DNA of 64,000 nt, taken from a bacterium (GTDB lineage Bacteria > RBG-13-66-14 > B26-G2 > WVWN01). The stretch covers positions 5,603 through 69,602 of the forward strand of contig DATKVX010000007.1 of NCBI GenBank assembly GCA_035529855.1, in the 5' to 3' direction. The translations under genes and the position numbers were made by a program. Under the pieces are notes generated by a model. The model did no database searches. It was not told where the DNA came from and saw nothing but the letters and a program-made list of their open reading frames with translations. The stretch's first letter is position 1. Each line of letters starts with the position of its first letter. This document shows positions 19,796-29,546 of the stretch, one piece after another.

Positions 19796-20482
19796 TCAAG
19801 GAATTCCGGCGTCGTATAAGACGCCGCCTTCCAACGACAGCGTCCGCGCGCATCGGCGGGCCAACGCGCGGTTGTGGGTGACGATTACGAAGGTTTGTCC
19901 CAGCCGCGCGTTGAGGTCAAAGAGAAGGTCGTGCAGGCTCTCCGCGGTTCGTTCGTCGAGGTTGCCGGAAGGTTCGTCGGCCAGGACCACGGCCGGCTCC
20001 GCGGCGAGTGCCCGGGCAACGGCTACCCGTTGCCGTTCGCCGCCCGATAGCTTGGCGGGGCGGTGCGTTTCGCGTTTGCGGGCGCCCACCGCCTCGAGGT
20101 ACGTACGCGCGCGCCGCTCCGCTTCCGCCGCATCCACCCGGCCTATCAGCAGCGGCATCATTACGTTCTCGAGCGCGGTGAACTCCGGCAATAAATGGTG
20201 GAACTGGAAGACGTACCCCACGCGGCGGTTGCGGAAATGGGCGCGCCGGGCGTCTTTCAGGCCGAAGATGTCGGTCCCGTCCACGAGCACCTGTCCGTCC
20301 GTAGGTTTGTCGAGGCCGCCGAGCAAGTTGAGCAACGTCGTTTTGCCGGCGCCCGATTCGCCCACGACGGCCACCGTTTCGCCGGCGGCCACGCCCAGGT
20401 CCAGCCCCACCAGGATTTTTAAGGTCTGGTCGCCGTTCCGGTAATATTTATGGAGCCCTCGCGCTTCGACGACGTTATTCAT
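19796..20482 (-). CDS. lolD: Lipoprotein-releasing ABC transporter ATP-binding protein LolD
   Basis: Walker A GESGAGKTT, signature LSGGERQR, and the LolD/MacB-type fold. Overlaps the upstream permease gene. Confidence 0.8.
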   Translation of the reverse strand: MNNVVEARGLHKYYRNGDQTLKILVGLDLGVAAGETVAVVGESGAGKTTLLNLLGGLDKPTDGQVLVDGTDIFGLKDARRAHFRNRRVGYVFQFHHLLPEFTALENVMMPLLIGRVDAAEAERRARTYLEAVGARKRETHRPAKLSGGERQRVAVARALAAEPAVVLADEPSGNLDERTAESLHDLLFDLNARLGQTFVIVTHNRALARRCARTLSLEGGVLYDAGIP

Positions 20483-21746
20483 GTTGGATCGCTTCTACCG
20501 GCTCGAGCCGCGCCGCGCGCCAGGCCGGGTATATCGTCGCGGCTACGCTTATCGCCAGCGCCACGACGCAGATTAATAAAATATCCAGGGGTTGGACGAC
20601 GACGGGCAGCGTCCGCAGCGCGTATACTTCCGCCGGCAACTCGATGAATTGGTACTTTAGGAGAACACGGCAGAGCCCCAAGCCCGCGGCCAGGCCGAGC
20701 GCCGTCCCCACCGTTCCAATAATGAGCCCGTTGAGTACGAAGATGCGCACGACGGCGCCGTTAGTCGCACCCATAGCCTTCATAATGCCGATTTCGCCCG
20801 TCTTCTCGATGACGAGCATGATGAGCGTGGAGAGGATATTGAACGCCGCGACCAATATAATAAGTGTGAGGATGACGAACATGGTGTGCTTTTCCAGCGC
20901 CAACATGGTCCAGAGCTGTTCGTGGGTAACGGTCCAGTCGCGGGCGAAGTAGGGCAGGCCGACGGCCTCGTTGATGCGGGCCGAGACGGCGGGCGCGTCG
21001 AAGACGTCGTCGACCCGGACCTCCAAGCCGTTGACCTTGCGGGGGATGGCGAGGAATTCCTGGGCCGTCTCGAGGTCTATATAGGCCAAGGAAGAATCGA
21101 ACTCGTACATGCCGACGTCGAAGATGCCGACAACGCGGAAGTTTTTCATCTTGGGCGGGACCGGCGCGAGCGGGTTCCAGATGACCTGGGGCGAGATGAG
21201 CGTGACGGTGTCGTTGAGGTCGACGCCCAGGTTGCGGGCGAGCTCGACGCCGAGGACGATGCCGTCGTCGGGCGGGACGTATCCGCCCAACTTGGGCTCG
21301 AGATGGGACTTCTTCGCGACGTCGAAGTCCATCGTTCCCTCCACGATTTTATCCTCGATGGTGGAGATATCGCGGTGGCTCGCCATGTCGACGCCGCGGA
21401 TGACGGCGCCGATGGAGTCGTGCTTCGACGAGAGGATTCCCTCGACGAAGACGAACGGGGCCACGGCCTCGACCCCTTCCACTCGCTCGACTTCGGTCGC
21501 CACCGTCGGGTAGTCGGTGATGCCTTCGCGGCCTACGTGGAGGACCGTGATGTGCGCCGTGGTTCCGAGGATCTTCTCGCGCAAGTTGATCTCGAAGCCG
21601 TTCATCACGCTGATGACGACGACGAGCGCCATAACGCCCACCGCCACGCCGCCGACGGATATGAGCGTTATGACGGAGAGGAAGGCGTCCTTCCCCTTGG
21701 CGGTGAGGTAGCGCCGCGCGACGAAGAGCTCGAACGATTTTTTCAT
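20475..21746 (-). CDS. Lipoprotein-releasing system permease LolC/E (FtsX-like)
   Basis: 423 aa. N-terminal TM segment, MacB-like periplasmic domain and a C-terminal FtsX TM bundle. Confidence 0.8.
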   Translation of the reverse strand: MKKSFELFVARRYLTAKGKDAFLSVITLISVGGVAVGVMALVVVISVMNGFEINLREKILGTTAHITVLHVGREGITDYPTVATEVERVEGVEAVAPFVFVEGILSSKHDSIGAVIRGVDMASHRDISTIEDKIVEGTMDFDVAKKSHLEPKLGGYVPPDDGIVLGVELARNLGVDLNDTVTLISPQVIWNPLAPVPPKMKNFRVVGIFDVGMYEFDSSLAYIDLETAQEFLAIPRKVNGLEVRVDDVFDAPAVSARINEAVGLPYFARDWTVTHEQLWTMLALEKHTMFVILTLIILVAAFNILSTLIMLVIEKTGEIGIMKAMGATNGAVVRIFVLNGLIIGTVGTALGLAAGLGLCRVLLKYQFIELPAEVYALRTLPVVVQPLDILLICVVALAISVAATIYPAWRAARLEPVEAIQHE

Positions 21747-22712
21747 TTACTTAAACAAAGCTTTCACGCGCCCGAGTGACGTCGGCGCGATTGCGGGCTC
21801 GACGCGCTTGAAGTACTGGACGCGGTTGTTGCCGGTATCCGCTACGTACGCGCGCGTACCGGCGGGCGAGATGGCGACGCCGTCGGGGAAGTTGAATTCG
21901 CCGTCGCCGGTCCCCTTACTGCCCCATTTGCCGAGGAAGCTGCCGGAGGCCGTAAAATACTGGACCTGGTGCCACGAGTAGTCGGTAACGTAGATGCGGT
22001 AATCGGGGCCGGCCGCTATGGCCGAGGGGTACTCGAATTGCCCCCAGCCGAAACCTTTCGTGCCCCATTTACCGCGGAAGACGCCCTCGGCGTCGAAGTA
22101 CTGCACCCGGTTGTTGAGCCGGTCCGCGATGTAGACGTTGCCGTGGGGCGCGACCGCGATGCTAATGGGTTGGTCGAATTGGCCGTCGGCGGCGCCTTTA
22201 GTACCCCAGGAGCCCAGGAAGCTGCCGGCTCGAGTGAAGTACTGCACGCGATTGTTATAGGTATCCGCCACGTAGACGTTGCCGCCGCGGTTCACCGCGA
22301 CGCCGTGCGGTTTATCGAAGAAACGCGGTAAGATGCCGAACTCGCCCCACTGGCCCAGGTACGCGCCGTTCGGTTTGAAGTATTGGACCCGGTTATTGTC
22401 GAAGTCGGCTACGTAGACGTTGCCGTTGAGGGCGACCGCCACGTCCGAGGGGTAAACGAATTGGCCTTTGCCGGAACCGCGCGAGCCCCACCGGCCGAGG
22501 AAACTGCCGGCGGCGGTGAAGTACTGGATGCGGTGGTTGAACTCGTCGGCGACGTAGACGTTGCCGTTGGGCGCGACGGCTATCCCCGTCGGCGCGTTGA
22601 ATTCTCCCGCGGCGGTTCCCGGTGAGCCCCACTGACCGGCGTATTTAAACTCGGCCGGGGCGGCCGCGGCCATAGCAATTGAGAGAATGATTAGCGTCGG
22701 TACTCGTTTCAT
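21747..22712 (-). CDS. Secreted NHL-repeat (six-bladed beta-propeller) protein, paralog 1
   Basis: Signal peptide, six repeats of G.F..P.G(V/I)AV...G.VYVAD..N.RVQYF, and the tail PTSLGRVKALFK. Its stop codon abuts the lolC/E start with zero gap. Confidence 0.8.
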   Translation of the reverse strand: MKRVPTLIILSIAMAAAAPAEFKYAGQWGSPGTAAGEFNAPTGIAVAPNGNVYVADEFNHRIQYFTAAGSFLGRWGSRGSGKGQFVYPSDVAVALNGNVYVADFDNNRVQYFKPNGAYLGQWGEFGILPRFFDKPHGVAVNRGGNVYVADTYNNRVQYFTRAGSFLGSWGTKGAADGQFDQPISIAVAPHGNVYIADRLNNRVQYFDAEGVFRGKWGTKGFGWGQFEYPSAIAAGPDYRIYVTDYSWHQVQYFTASGSFLGKWGSKGTGDGEFNFPDGVAISPAGTRAYVADTGNNRVQYFKRVEPAIAPTSLGRVKALFK

Positions 22713-22809
22713 TTCTCGTCCTTTGTTCAGCTGTGGCTGCCGGCCCGACGTGAAAGGCGTTCTGAGCCGGAGGCGTGGTGAGAGGTTACCGTGGTACCCG
22801 GTACGCTGT

Positions 22810-23787
22810 TTATTTAAATAGGCATTTTACGCGCCCCAACGACGTCGGCTCGACCGCGGGTTGGAGGTCTTTGAAATACTGGACGCGGTTGTTGTTGGTA
22901 TCCGCAACGTAGACTCGTACGGTCGACGTATCGCCGCGGCTCCACCGCGTAGCGGCGACGCCCCACGCGTAATTGAGCCGGCCGTCGCCGGTTCCGAATG
23001 AACCCCACTTGCCGAGGAAACTGCCGGCCGGCGCGAAGTATTGGACGCGGTGGTTGTAGCAATCCAGGATGTACACGTTCCCGCCCGGGCCGAAGGCGAC
23101 GCCGCACGGCGTGTCGAATTGGCCGTCGCCGCTTCCCCGCGTGCCCCAGGACGCTACGAAGCTTCCGGCGGGGGAAAAACGCTGCACGCGGTGATTCCCG
23201 GCGTCCGCTACGTAAACGGTGCCGTTTTCGCCTACTGCTATTCCCCGGGGCTCGTCGAATTGGCCCGGGCCGTTGCCCGGCGCGCCCCAGCTGCCGACGA
23301 AGCTCCCCGCCGGCGAGAAGTACTGGACGCGGCAGTTGCCGGCGTCGACGACGTATACGTTGCCGTTAGGCGCCGTGGCCACCCCGAGCGGTTTGTTGAA
23401 TTCGCCCTCGCCGGTACCGCGTTCGCCCCAGGAGCCCTGGAAACTCCCCGCGTTGGTGAAACGTTGGACCCGGTGGTTCAGCGAATCGCCGACGTATACG
23501 CCGTTCGCGGACACGGCGACCCCGGAGGGAAAGCGAAACTTGCCCGCGCCGGTACCGTACGCCCCCCATTTCCCCCGGTAACTCCCGGTCGCCGTGAAGT
23601 ACTGGACGCGATGGTTGTGGCGGTCGGTAACGAAAACGCGGCCGCCGGGGGCGACGGCCACGTCCCACGGGTGGTCGAACTGGCCTTCACCGGACCCTTG
23701 CGCACCCCACTTTCCTTCGTACGCGAACTCGGCGAACGCCGCCGCGGTGGCCAGAAGTAAGGCCGCTGTCGTGACTATCTTTTTCAT
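22810..23787 (-). CDS. Secreted NHL-repeat protein, paralog 2
   Basis: Same architecture as paralog 1. Tail PTSLGRVKCLFK. Confidence 0.8.
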   Translation of the reverse strand: MKKIVTTAALLLATAAAFAEFAYEGKWGAQGSGEGQFDHPWDVAVAPGGRVFVTDRHNHRVQYFTATGSYRGKWGAYGTGAGKFRFPSGVAVSANGVYVGDSLNHRVQRFTNAGSFQGSWGERGTGEGEFNKPLGVATAPNGNVYVVDAGNCRVQYFSPAGSFVGSWGAPGNGPGQFDEPRGIAVGENGTVYVADAGNHRVQRFSPAGSFVASWGTRGSGDGQFDTPCGVAFGPGGNVYILDCYNHRVQYFAPAGSFLGKWGSFGTGDGRLNYAWGVAATRWSRGDTSTVRVYVADTNNNRVQYFKDLQPAVEPTSLGRVKCLFK

Positions 23788-23884
23788 ACTCGAACCTCCC
23801 CGGTTAAATGGCGGGGCCGTCGTACGGTTTCGTTCAAGAGCGCCCCCGCCGCCCTTCTCCGGAAGGAAAGGCGAAAGGTAAAAA

Positions 23885-24853
23885 TCATTCGAAAAGCGCT
23901 TTGACGCGCCCGAGCGAGCACGGCTCGACGCCGTATGCCACGCGCCGGAAGAATTGGACGCGGTCGTTATCCGTATCGGCGACGTAGACGCGTTTGCCGT
24001 CGTTAAACGTCGCGACGCCCCGAGGTTCGTTGAATTCTCCGCCGCCCCTTCCGAGCGAACCCCACGTCCCCAGGAAGCTGCCGCTCGTCGTAAAATGCTG
24101 GACGCGGTGGTTGAAATCCTCCGTCACGAATACCCGCTCGTCGCCCGAGACCGCTATGGCTTTCGGGTAGAAGAATTGGCCTTCGCCGTAGCCGAGCGAA
24201 CCCCATTTGCCCAGGAACGTACCGAACGCGGTGAAATATTGGACCCGGGCGTTGGCGGCATCGACCACGTACGCGCGGCCGTCCGGCGCGAGGGCGACGT
24301 CGGTGGGGAAGTCGAATTGGCCGTCGCCTTTGCCGCTGCGGCCCCACTTCCCGAGGTAACCGCCGTTGGGGGTGAACCGTTGTACGCGGTCGTTCTCGGC
24401 GTCGGTGACGAAGACGTTCCCGCCGCGCGCGACCGCGACGCCGAGGGGCGTATCGAAATCCCCCGCCCTTGACCCCGGCCGGCCCCACCGGCCGAGGTAG
24501 CTGCCGGCCGCGGTGAAGTATTGGACGCGGTCGTTATCCGTATCGGCGACGTATACCGCTCCGTTCGGCGCCACGGCCAGGCCGTACGGCCCGTCGAATT
24601 GCCCGGGCCCGTTTCCCGGCGTCCCCCACTTCCCGAGGTAACTGCCGCCGGCCGTGAAGTATTGGATACAATCGTTGCGCCGGTCGGATACGTAAACGTT
24701 CCCGTTCGGCGCCACCGCGACGCCGGAGACCTCCGTGAACGCGCCGTGGCCCGTACCCAACCGGCCCCATTGCCCTTCGTATACGTACGTCGCCGCCGCG
24801 GCCGTGGGCAGCGCCGACGCGAGCGCCGTCGCGATATAATAAATGTGTTTCAT
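23885..24853 (-). CDS. Secreted NHL-repeat protein, paralog 3
   Basis: Same architecture as paralog 1. Tail PCSLGRVKALFE. Confidence 0.8.
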   Translation of the reverse strand: MKHIYYIATALASALPTAAAATYVYEGQWGRLGTGHGAFTEVSGVAVAPNGNVYVSDRRNDCIQYFTAGGSYLGKWGTPGNGPGQFDGPYGLAVAPNGAVYVADTDNDRVQYFTAAGSYLGRWGRPGSRAGDFDTPLGVAVARGGNVFVTDAENDRVQRFTPNGGYLGKWGRSGKGDGQFDFPTDVALAPDGRAYVVDAANARVQYFTAFGTFLGKWGSLGYGEGQFFYPKAIAVSGDERVFVTEDFNHRVQHFTTSGSFLGTWGSLGRGGGEFNEPRGVATFNDGKRVYVADTDNDRVQFFRRVAYGVEPCSLGRVKALFE

Positions 24854-24872
24854 AACCTCGTGTCGTTGACCT

Positions 24873-25670
24873 TTAGAACTGGCCGATTAATCCGCGGTCC
24901 ATAGCGGCGCGGTCGAGCCACCGGAACGCAAGGTACCCCGCGCCGAAGAAAGCTAACGCCCCCGCGACCAGCGGCACGACGTTCGCGGGTTGGGTCACGT
25001 ACGAAAAGCCTTTGCCGTCGAGTAGGACGGCGCGTAATAACCGTACCGACTGTGTATAGGGGAACCACCGCAGCGCGGTTTCCGCGGCCGGGTGGTAGGA
25101 GCCCAACGCCGCGAACGAGAGTACGATCAATATAAATTGAACTAACACGATCAGATTGCCTATGCGTTTGAACACGAGCGCGAAGCCGGCGACCGTGAGG
25201 CCGACGCCGGCGAGGAAAACGTAACAAAAAAAGAATATGAATAGTACGCTCAGCACGTCTACGGTCAACCTGAAGCGGCAAATCAGCGCGCATGTTATGG
25301 AGATCACAGCGTAGTGAAACAGGCCGGTCGTGCTTACCGCTAATATTTTCGCGACGATGGTCGGGCCGTGCCCCGCGGGGGTGAGGAACTCGCGCTCGAT
25401 ATAACCCTTAGTCGCGGCCTCCTTTATTTCCCAAGCCGCCTGTTGCACGGTGAGCACGTAGAACGTCCAGAATATGTAGCCCACGTAGACCGACGCCATC
25501 GTACTGCCCATAACGAGGCCGGCGGGGACGAAGGCGTAAACGCCCAGGAATATGCCGACTAAAGGTAGCGTTACGATGAGGTACAGCGACGCCAGGTCGA
25601 ACGGGTAACGCAACAGCGTAATAAATTCCGCGGTGAAGTGGGCGCGCGCGAGGTGAAGCCAATATTTCAC
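24873..25670 (-). CDS. ABC-2 type transporter permease
   Basis: 265 aa with about 6 TM segments. Overlaps the upstream ABC ATPase gene by 4 nt. Confidence 0.65.
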   Translation of the reverse strand: MKYWLHLARAHFTAEFITLLRYPFDLASLYLIVTLPLVGIFLGVYAFVPAGLVMGSTMASVYVGYIFWTFYVLTVQQAAWEIKEAATKGYIEREFLTPAGHGPTIVAKILAVSTTGLFHYAVISITCALICRFRLTVDVLSVLFIFFFCYVFLAGVGLTVAGFALVFKRIGNLIVLVQFILIVLSFAALGSYHPAAETALRWFPYTQSVRLLRAVLLDGKGFSYVTQPANVVPLVAGALAFFGAGYLAFRWLDRAAMDRGLIGQF

Positions 25671-26644
25671 CGTGACTGCTTCCCTTCGCCCTCGACTATC
25701 GAGAGGAACACCCGCTCGAGGTCGGGTTGGTGGCGGGCGACCTCCAATATATCACATTCCTCGCTTCGCAGCTTCGCCAGGATTTCGTATAAACGGTCCT
25801 TCTTGTCCGTATGGAGGCGGAGGGTTAAATCACGTTTATGGTCGCCGGCGGGTATAATTTCGACGTCGCCGTCGCCGAAGTCGACGGTTCCGGGCGCCGT
25901 TTCCGGCCAACGAAGGTGGATGGTGTATTGGTGATAACGGAAAAGTTCCAGGAGTTCTTCCGTCGGCTTAAACGTAACCAACCGCCCTTCGGTGACGATG
26001 GCGACGCGGTCCGCGACCTTTTGCGCGACCGCCATCTCGTGAGTGGTCAGCAACACCGCGCGACCCTCCCGGGCCATCTCGCGGATGATGGTTTGGAGTT
26101 CCTGCGACGTTTGGACGTCCAGCCCCAGCGTCGGCTCGTCGAGTAGGACGAGCTCAGCCCGCGTAAGGAACGCGATGGCGACCGATAGGATCTGTTTCTG
26201 GCCCTTTGAAAGGTTCCGTACTTGCTCGTCGGCTTTCCCTGCTAGGTGAAACCGCTCTAGAGCCGCCGGCGTCTCTTCCTTGACGCGCCGCCGGTCGCAC
26301 CCGGCTATGGTGGTGAAAAAGGTTACGTTTTCTTTCACCGTTAGCCGAAAGCGGAGGTTGCGGTCCCCCTCGAGCACCACCGCCATGCGCGCCAGCGCCC
26401 GCCGGCGCTCGCGCGCGAGCGAATATGGGCCTATGAATATTTCGCCCGCGGTCGGGTTCAACAAACCGCAGATGGCCTTTATCGCCGTCGTCTTGCCGGC
26501 GCCGTTAGGTCCGAGAAGCCCCACGACCTCGCCGTCCCGCACGTCGAGGTCGAGATTTTTAATCGCCTCCACCGCCGGCCGCCGGAACGCCTTCGGGTAC
26601 GTCTTCTTAAGGCCTACGAGTTTTAAGCCGAGTCCGTCCGTCAT
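25667..26644 (-). CDS. ABC transporter ATP-binding protein (DrrA/ABC-2 type)
   Basis: Walker A GPNGAGKTT, signature LSKGQKQ, Walker B LVLLDEPT, plus a C-terminal extension. Confidence 0.85.
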   Translation of the reverse strand: MTDGLGLKLVGLKKTYPKAFRRPAVEAIKNLDLDVRDGEVVGLLGPNGAGKTTAIKAICGLLNPTAGEIFIGPYSLARERRRALARMAVVLEGDRNLRFRLTVKENVTFFTTIAGCDRRRVKEETPAALERFHLAGKADEQVRNLSKGQKQILSVAIAFLTRAELVLLDEPTLGLDVQTSQELQTIIREMAREGRAVLLTTHEMAVAQKVADRVAIVTEGRLVTFKPTEELLELFRYHQYTIHLRWPETAPGTVDFGDGDVEIIPAGDHKRDLTLRLHTDKKDRLYEILAKLRSEECDILEVARHQPDLERVFLSIVEGEGKQSR

Positions 26645-27294
26645 GATTGCTTCTTCTTCTTGTATTTATACGAGGCCCATATCCAGGCGGCGAGGAGTAT
26701 AAGGCCCGCCAGAAAAAGGGCGTAGTCTTCGTAGTAGCGCCACTGCACCGCGGGGCCGAGGCCGCCCACGACGGACCACAGGAACGGTATGAACGTGAAG
26801 CGCCAGCGCGGCTTGCGGTCGAAGGTAAAGAGCAGCATCCCGCACGTGAATATCGCTATCGGCGTCGCGCAGCCGAAGAGCGCGAGCTCGGGCCAACCGT
26901 GTTTGAATATCAGCGCCGTTACCGGGTAACCCACCAGCGACCAGCCGGCGACGGTCGCGCCGACGTGGCCTAACTTCGGGTGGCCGTAAGGCCGGAATTC
27001 GATTTTGGGCCAAAAGATTTCGACGGCGAAGAAAACCGCCTGCAGTAGGAACAGCGCCCCCCAGGCGTAGCCGGCGGAATTAATCCGCGTGTAAAACATT
27101 ATCATATAAAAGATGCCGAGCCACGCCCAAAGGACCGCCAGCGTACCTTTGGCCGCGACGTCGGCCCACTTGCCGGGGCGCGCGAAGACGAGGAACGCGG
27201 CGCCGACCGCGAGCAGGTAGAAGATGACGTGCGCCGGGAAGACGGCGCGGTTGAACTCGGCAAGGAACGAAATAAATGCCTCCGCGGTTACCAT
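26641..27294 (-). CDS. Polytopic membrane protein, DUF6064-like (tentative), paralog A
   Basis: 217 aa with about 6 TM segments. Shares the motif FNRAVFPA / YNRAYWPA with the adjacent paralog. The family assignment is from memory only. Confidence 0.45.
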   Translation of the reverse strand: MVTAEAFISFLAEFNRAVFPAHVIFYLLAVGAAFLVFARPGKWADVAAKGTLAVLWAWLGIFYMIMFYTRINSAGYAWGALFLLQAVFFAVEIFWPKIEFRPYGHPKLGHVGATVAGWSLVGYPVTALIFKHGWPELALFGCATPIAIFTCGMLLFTFDRKPRWRFTFIPFLWSVVGGLGPAVQWRYYEDYALFLAGLILLAAWIWASYKYKKKKQS

Positions 27295-28004
27295 GAAGTA
27301 GCTCCTCCAGCGGTTTCAGATTCTCGTGCGGGCAACGTTCGGCACAGGGCGGCTACGAAACAAAGTACGGCCACGGCCGCGACGCCGGCCGGGATCAATT
27401 CCTCGTAAAAGCGCCAGGCCTGCGCGACGCAGACGCCGGCGATTAGCGCCCAGGCCGCCGGGATTACGAAAAACAGCGGCCTCGGCTTATGGAGCGTGAA
27501 CGTGAGTAGGGCCAACGTGAACGCCGCGGTGGGCGCCGGCGCCGTGCCGACGAGCCGCAGCGCGGGCCAACCGCGGCCCGACCAGCTCGAGACAATAGGG
27601 TGTAAGACCCCGGCGGCGGCGAGCAGGCCGCACCCTATTAGTAGGGTGGGGGCGCTTTTAAAGGGTCGAAATTCCAACGTTCCGAAGAAAGCGTCCATAA
27701 AGAAAAAAGTACCCTGCAGTATAAAGGCGAAGGCGAAGAGGTAAGCGACGTGGAACTCGGGCGCGAAGCGCCCCCAAAAGAAGATAACGCCGGTCCAGAG
27801 CCAAAGCAAGTTGAGCAAGATTTTGACTATTAAGTCGCTGAAGGCGCCGGGTTTGACCAATACGAACGCGACCGCGGCCAAAGCGACGGCGGCGCCGAAG
27901 GCCGCCGCGGGCCAGTACGCGCGGTTATATACGCCGACGAGCCCTAAGACGAGCTCGCGGGTGGGGATTTCTATCTCTTCTACGGCGGCGGTGTACGTTG
28001 GCAT
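27288..28004 (-). CDS. Polytopic membrane protein, DUF6064-like (tentative), paralog B
   Basis: 238 aa, colinear similarity to paralog A. The two genes overlap by 7 nt. Confidence 0.45.
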   Translation of the reverse strand: MPTYTAAVEEIEIPTRELVLGLVGVYNRAYWPAAAFGAAVALAAVAFVLVKPGAFSDLIVKILLNLLWLWTGVIFFWGRFAPEFHVAYLFAFAFILQGTFFFMDAFFGTLEFRPFKSAPTLLIGCGLLAAAGVLHPIVSSWSGRGWPALRLVGTAPAPTAAFTLALLTFTLHKPRPLFFVIPAAWALIAGVCVAQAWRFYEELIPAGVAAVAVLCFVAALCRTLPARESETAGGATSW

Positions 28005-28028
28005 AGGCCTGTTGCGAGACGGTAGCCG

Positions 28029-29546
28029 TTACTTTTTAATCCTGAGCTGGGGGAACGCGATGACCTCGCGGATGTTGGGCGCGTCGGCCAGGACCATCGC
28101 GACGCGGTCGACGCCGACGCCCAGGCCGCCTGCCGGCGGCATGCCGTACTCCAGCGCCTCCAGGAAGTCCTCGTCCACTTGCTGGGCCTCCTCGTCGCCC
28201 GCGGCTCGAGCTTCCGCTTGCGCTTCCAAAGCCTTACGCTGCTCGCCGGGGTCGTTCTGCTCGCTGAAGGCGTTGGCTATTTCTAAATTACATATATATA
28301 GTTCGAACCGCTCCGCGAGCGCCGGGTTGTCGCTTTGCCGCTTGGCGAGCGGCGAAAGCTCGGCCGGGAAGCCGACAACGAACGTCGGCGCCCAGAGCCC
28401 GGGAACGACCATCTCGTCGAACAGCACGTCTATCGCCCGGGCGCGGGACCAGCGGCCTTCGACTTTGGGCCACAGCTCGGCGAATTCGCCCCGGCGCAGG
28501 ACGTCCTCCAGTTTTTTTTCGTCGCAGCCGAGCACGTCGCCAATCCCGGCCTCTTTCAGCTTTTCGTTTAAGGAATCCACCATCGATATTTCGGGCCACG
28601 GCGGCTCGAGGTCTACGTCGCGACGCTGGTACGTCAGCTTCAACGTTCCGCGGATTTCTTCGGCGGCGGCGATTATCAAGCCCTGCGTCAGCGCCATCAT
28701 CGTCCGGTAGTCGCCGAAGGCCTCGTACGCCTCGAGCATGGTGAACTCGGGGTAGTGGGTCCGGTCGATGGATTCATTCCGGAAGTCCTTGCCTATTTCG
28801 TAAACTTTCTCGAGGCCGGCGACGAGGAGTCGTTTGAGGTAGAGCTCGTCGGCGATGCGAAGGTAGAGGTCCATCTCCAGGTCGCGGTGGTAGGTGGTGA
28901 AGGGGCGGGCGTTGGCGCCGCCGTACAGCGGCTGGAGGATGGGGGTTTCGATCTCGGCGTAACCCTGTTCCGCCATAAACCGCCGCGTTACCCGCAGCAA
29001 CTCGGCGTGGGTGAGGACGCACGCCCGCGCGTGCGGGTTAACCATCACGTCGAGGTAGCGCTTCCGGTAGCGCTTCTCCGGGTCCGCGAACTCGTCGTGG
29101 ACGACCTCGCCCTCGTCGGTCTTTTCGGTCTTGACGATGGGGGGTGTCCGTACGCTCTTGGCCAGGACGTCGAAGGCCTCGACCGCGACCGTTACCTCGC
29201 CGGTGCGCGTCTTGAAGACCTTCCCGGCGGCGCCCACGAAGTCGCCCAGGTCGAGGAGGCCGAATAGCTCGTAGCGGTCCCCCAGCAGGTCCGATTTGAA
29301 ATACAATTGTATCTTGCCGGAGGCGTCGGTTACGTCGGCGAAGGAGGCTTTGCCGTGGGGGCGCAGCGCGGTGACGCGGCCTACGACGGCCACGTCTTTG
29401 CCCTCGAGCTCGTCGAAGGCCGACGCGACGTCGCGTATGACGTGGCTCCGCGTCGAGCCCACGGGGTAGGGGTCGATTCCTCGCTCGCGCAGGCGCGCGA
29501 GCTTATCCAGCCGGATGTCGCGCAGGCTTTTAGTTTCCTCCGTCAG
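28029..29546 (-). CDS. lysS: Lysine--tRNA ligase (class II)
   Basis: OB-fold (VAVVGRVTALRPHGKASFADV) and class II core motifs. The track ORF starts at GTG 29462, but in-frame LysRS N-terminal helix homology (SLRDIRLDKLARLRERGIDPYP) continues upstream. The only candidate starts there are CTG (29546, 29525) or ATC. The 5' end is therefore uncertain. Confidence 0.85.
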   Translation of the reverse strand: MTEETKSLRDIRLDKLARLRERGIDPYPVGSTRSHVIRDVASAFDELEGKDVAVVGRVTALRPHGKASFADVTDASGKIQLYFKSDLLGDRYELFGLLDLGDFVGAAGKVFKTRTGEVTVAVEAFDVLAKSVRTPPIVKTEKTDEGEVVHDEFADPEKRYRKRYLDVMVNPHARACVLTHAELLRVTRRFMAEQGYAEIETPILQPLYGGANARPFTTYHRDLEMDLYLRIADELYLKRLLVAGLEKVYEIGKDFRNESIDRTHYPEFTMLEAYEAFGDYRTMMALTQGLIIAAAEEIRGTLKLTYQRRDVDLEPPWPEISMVDSLNEKLKEAGIGDVLGCDEKKLEDVLRRGEFAELWPKVEGRWSRARAIDVLFDEMVVPGLWAPTFVVGFPAELSPLAKRQSDNPALAERFELYICNLEIANAFSEQNDPGEQRKALEAQAEARAAGDEEAQQVDEDFLEALEYGMPPAGGLGVGVDRVAMVLADAPNIREVIAFPQLRIKK

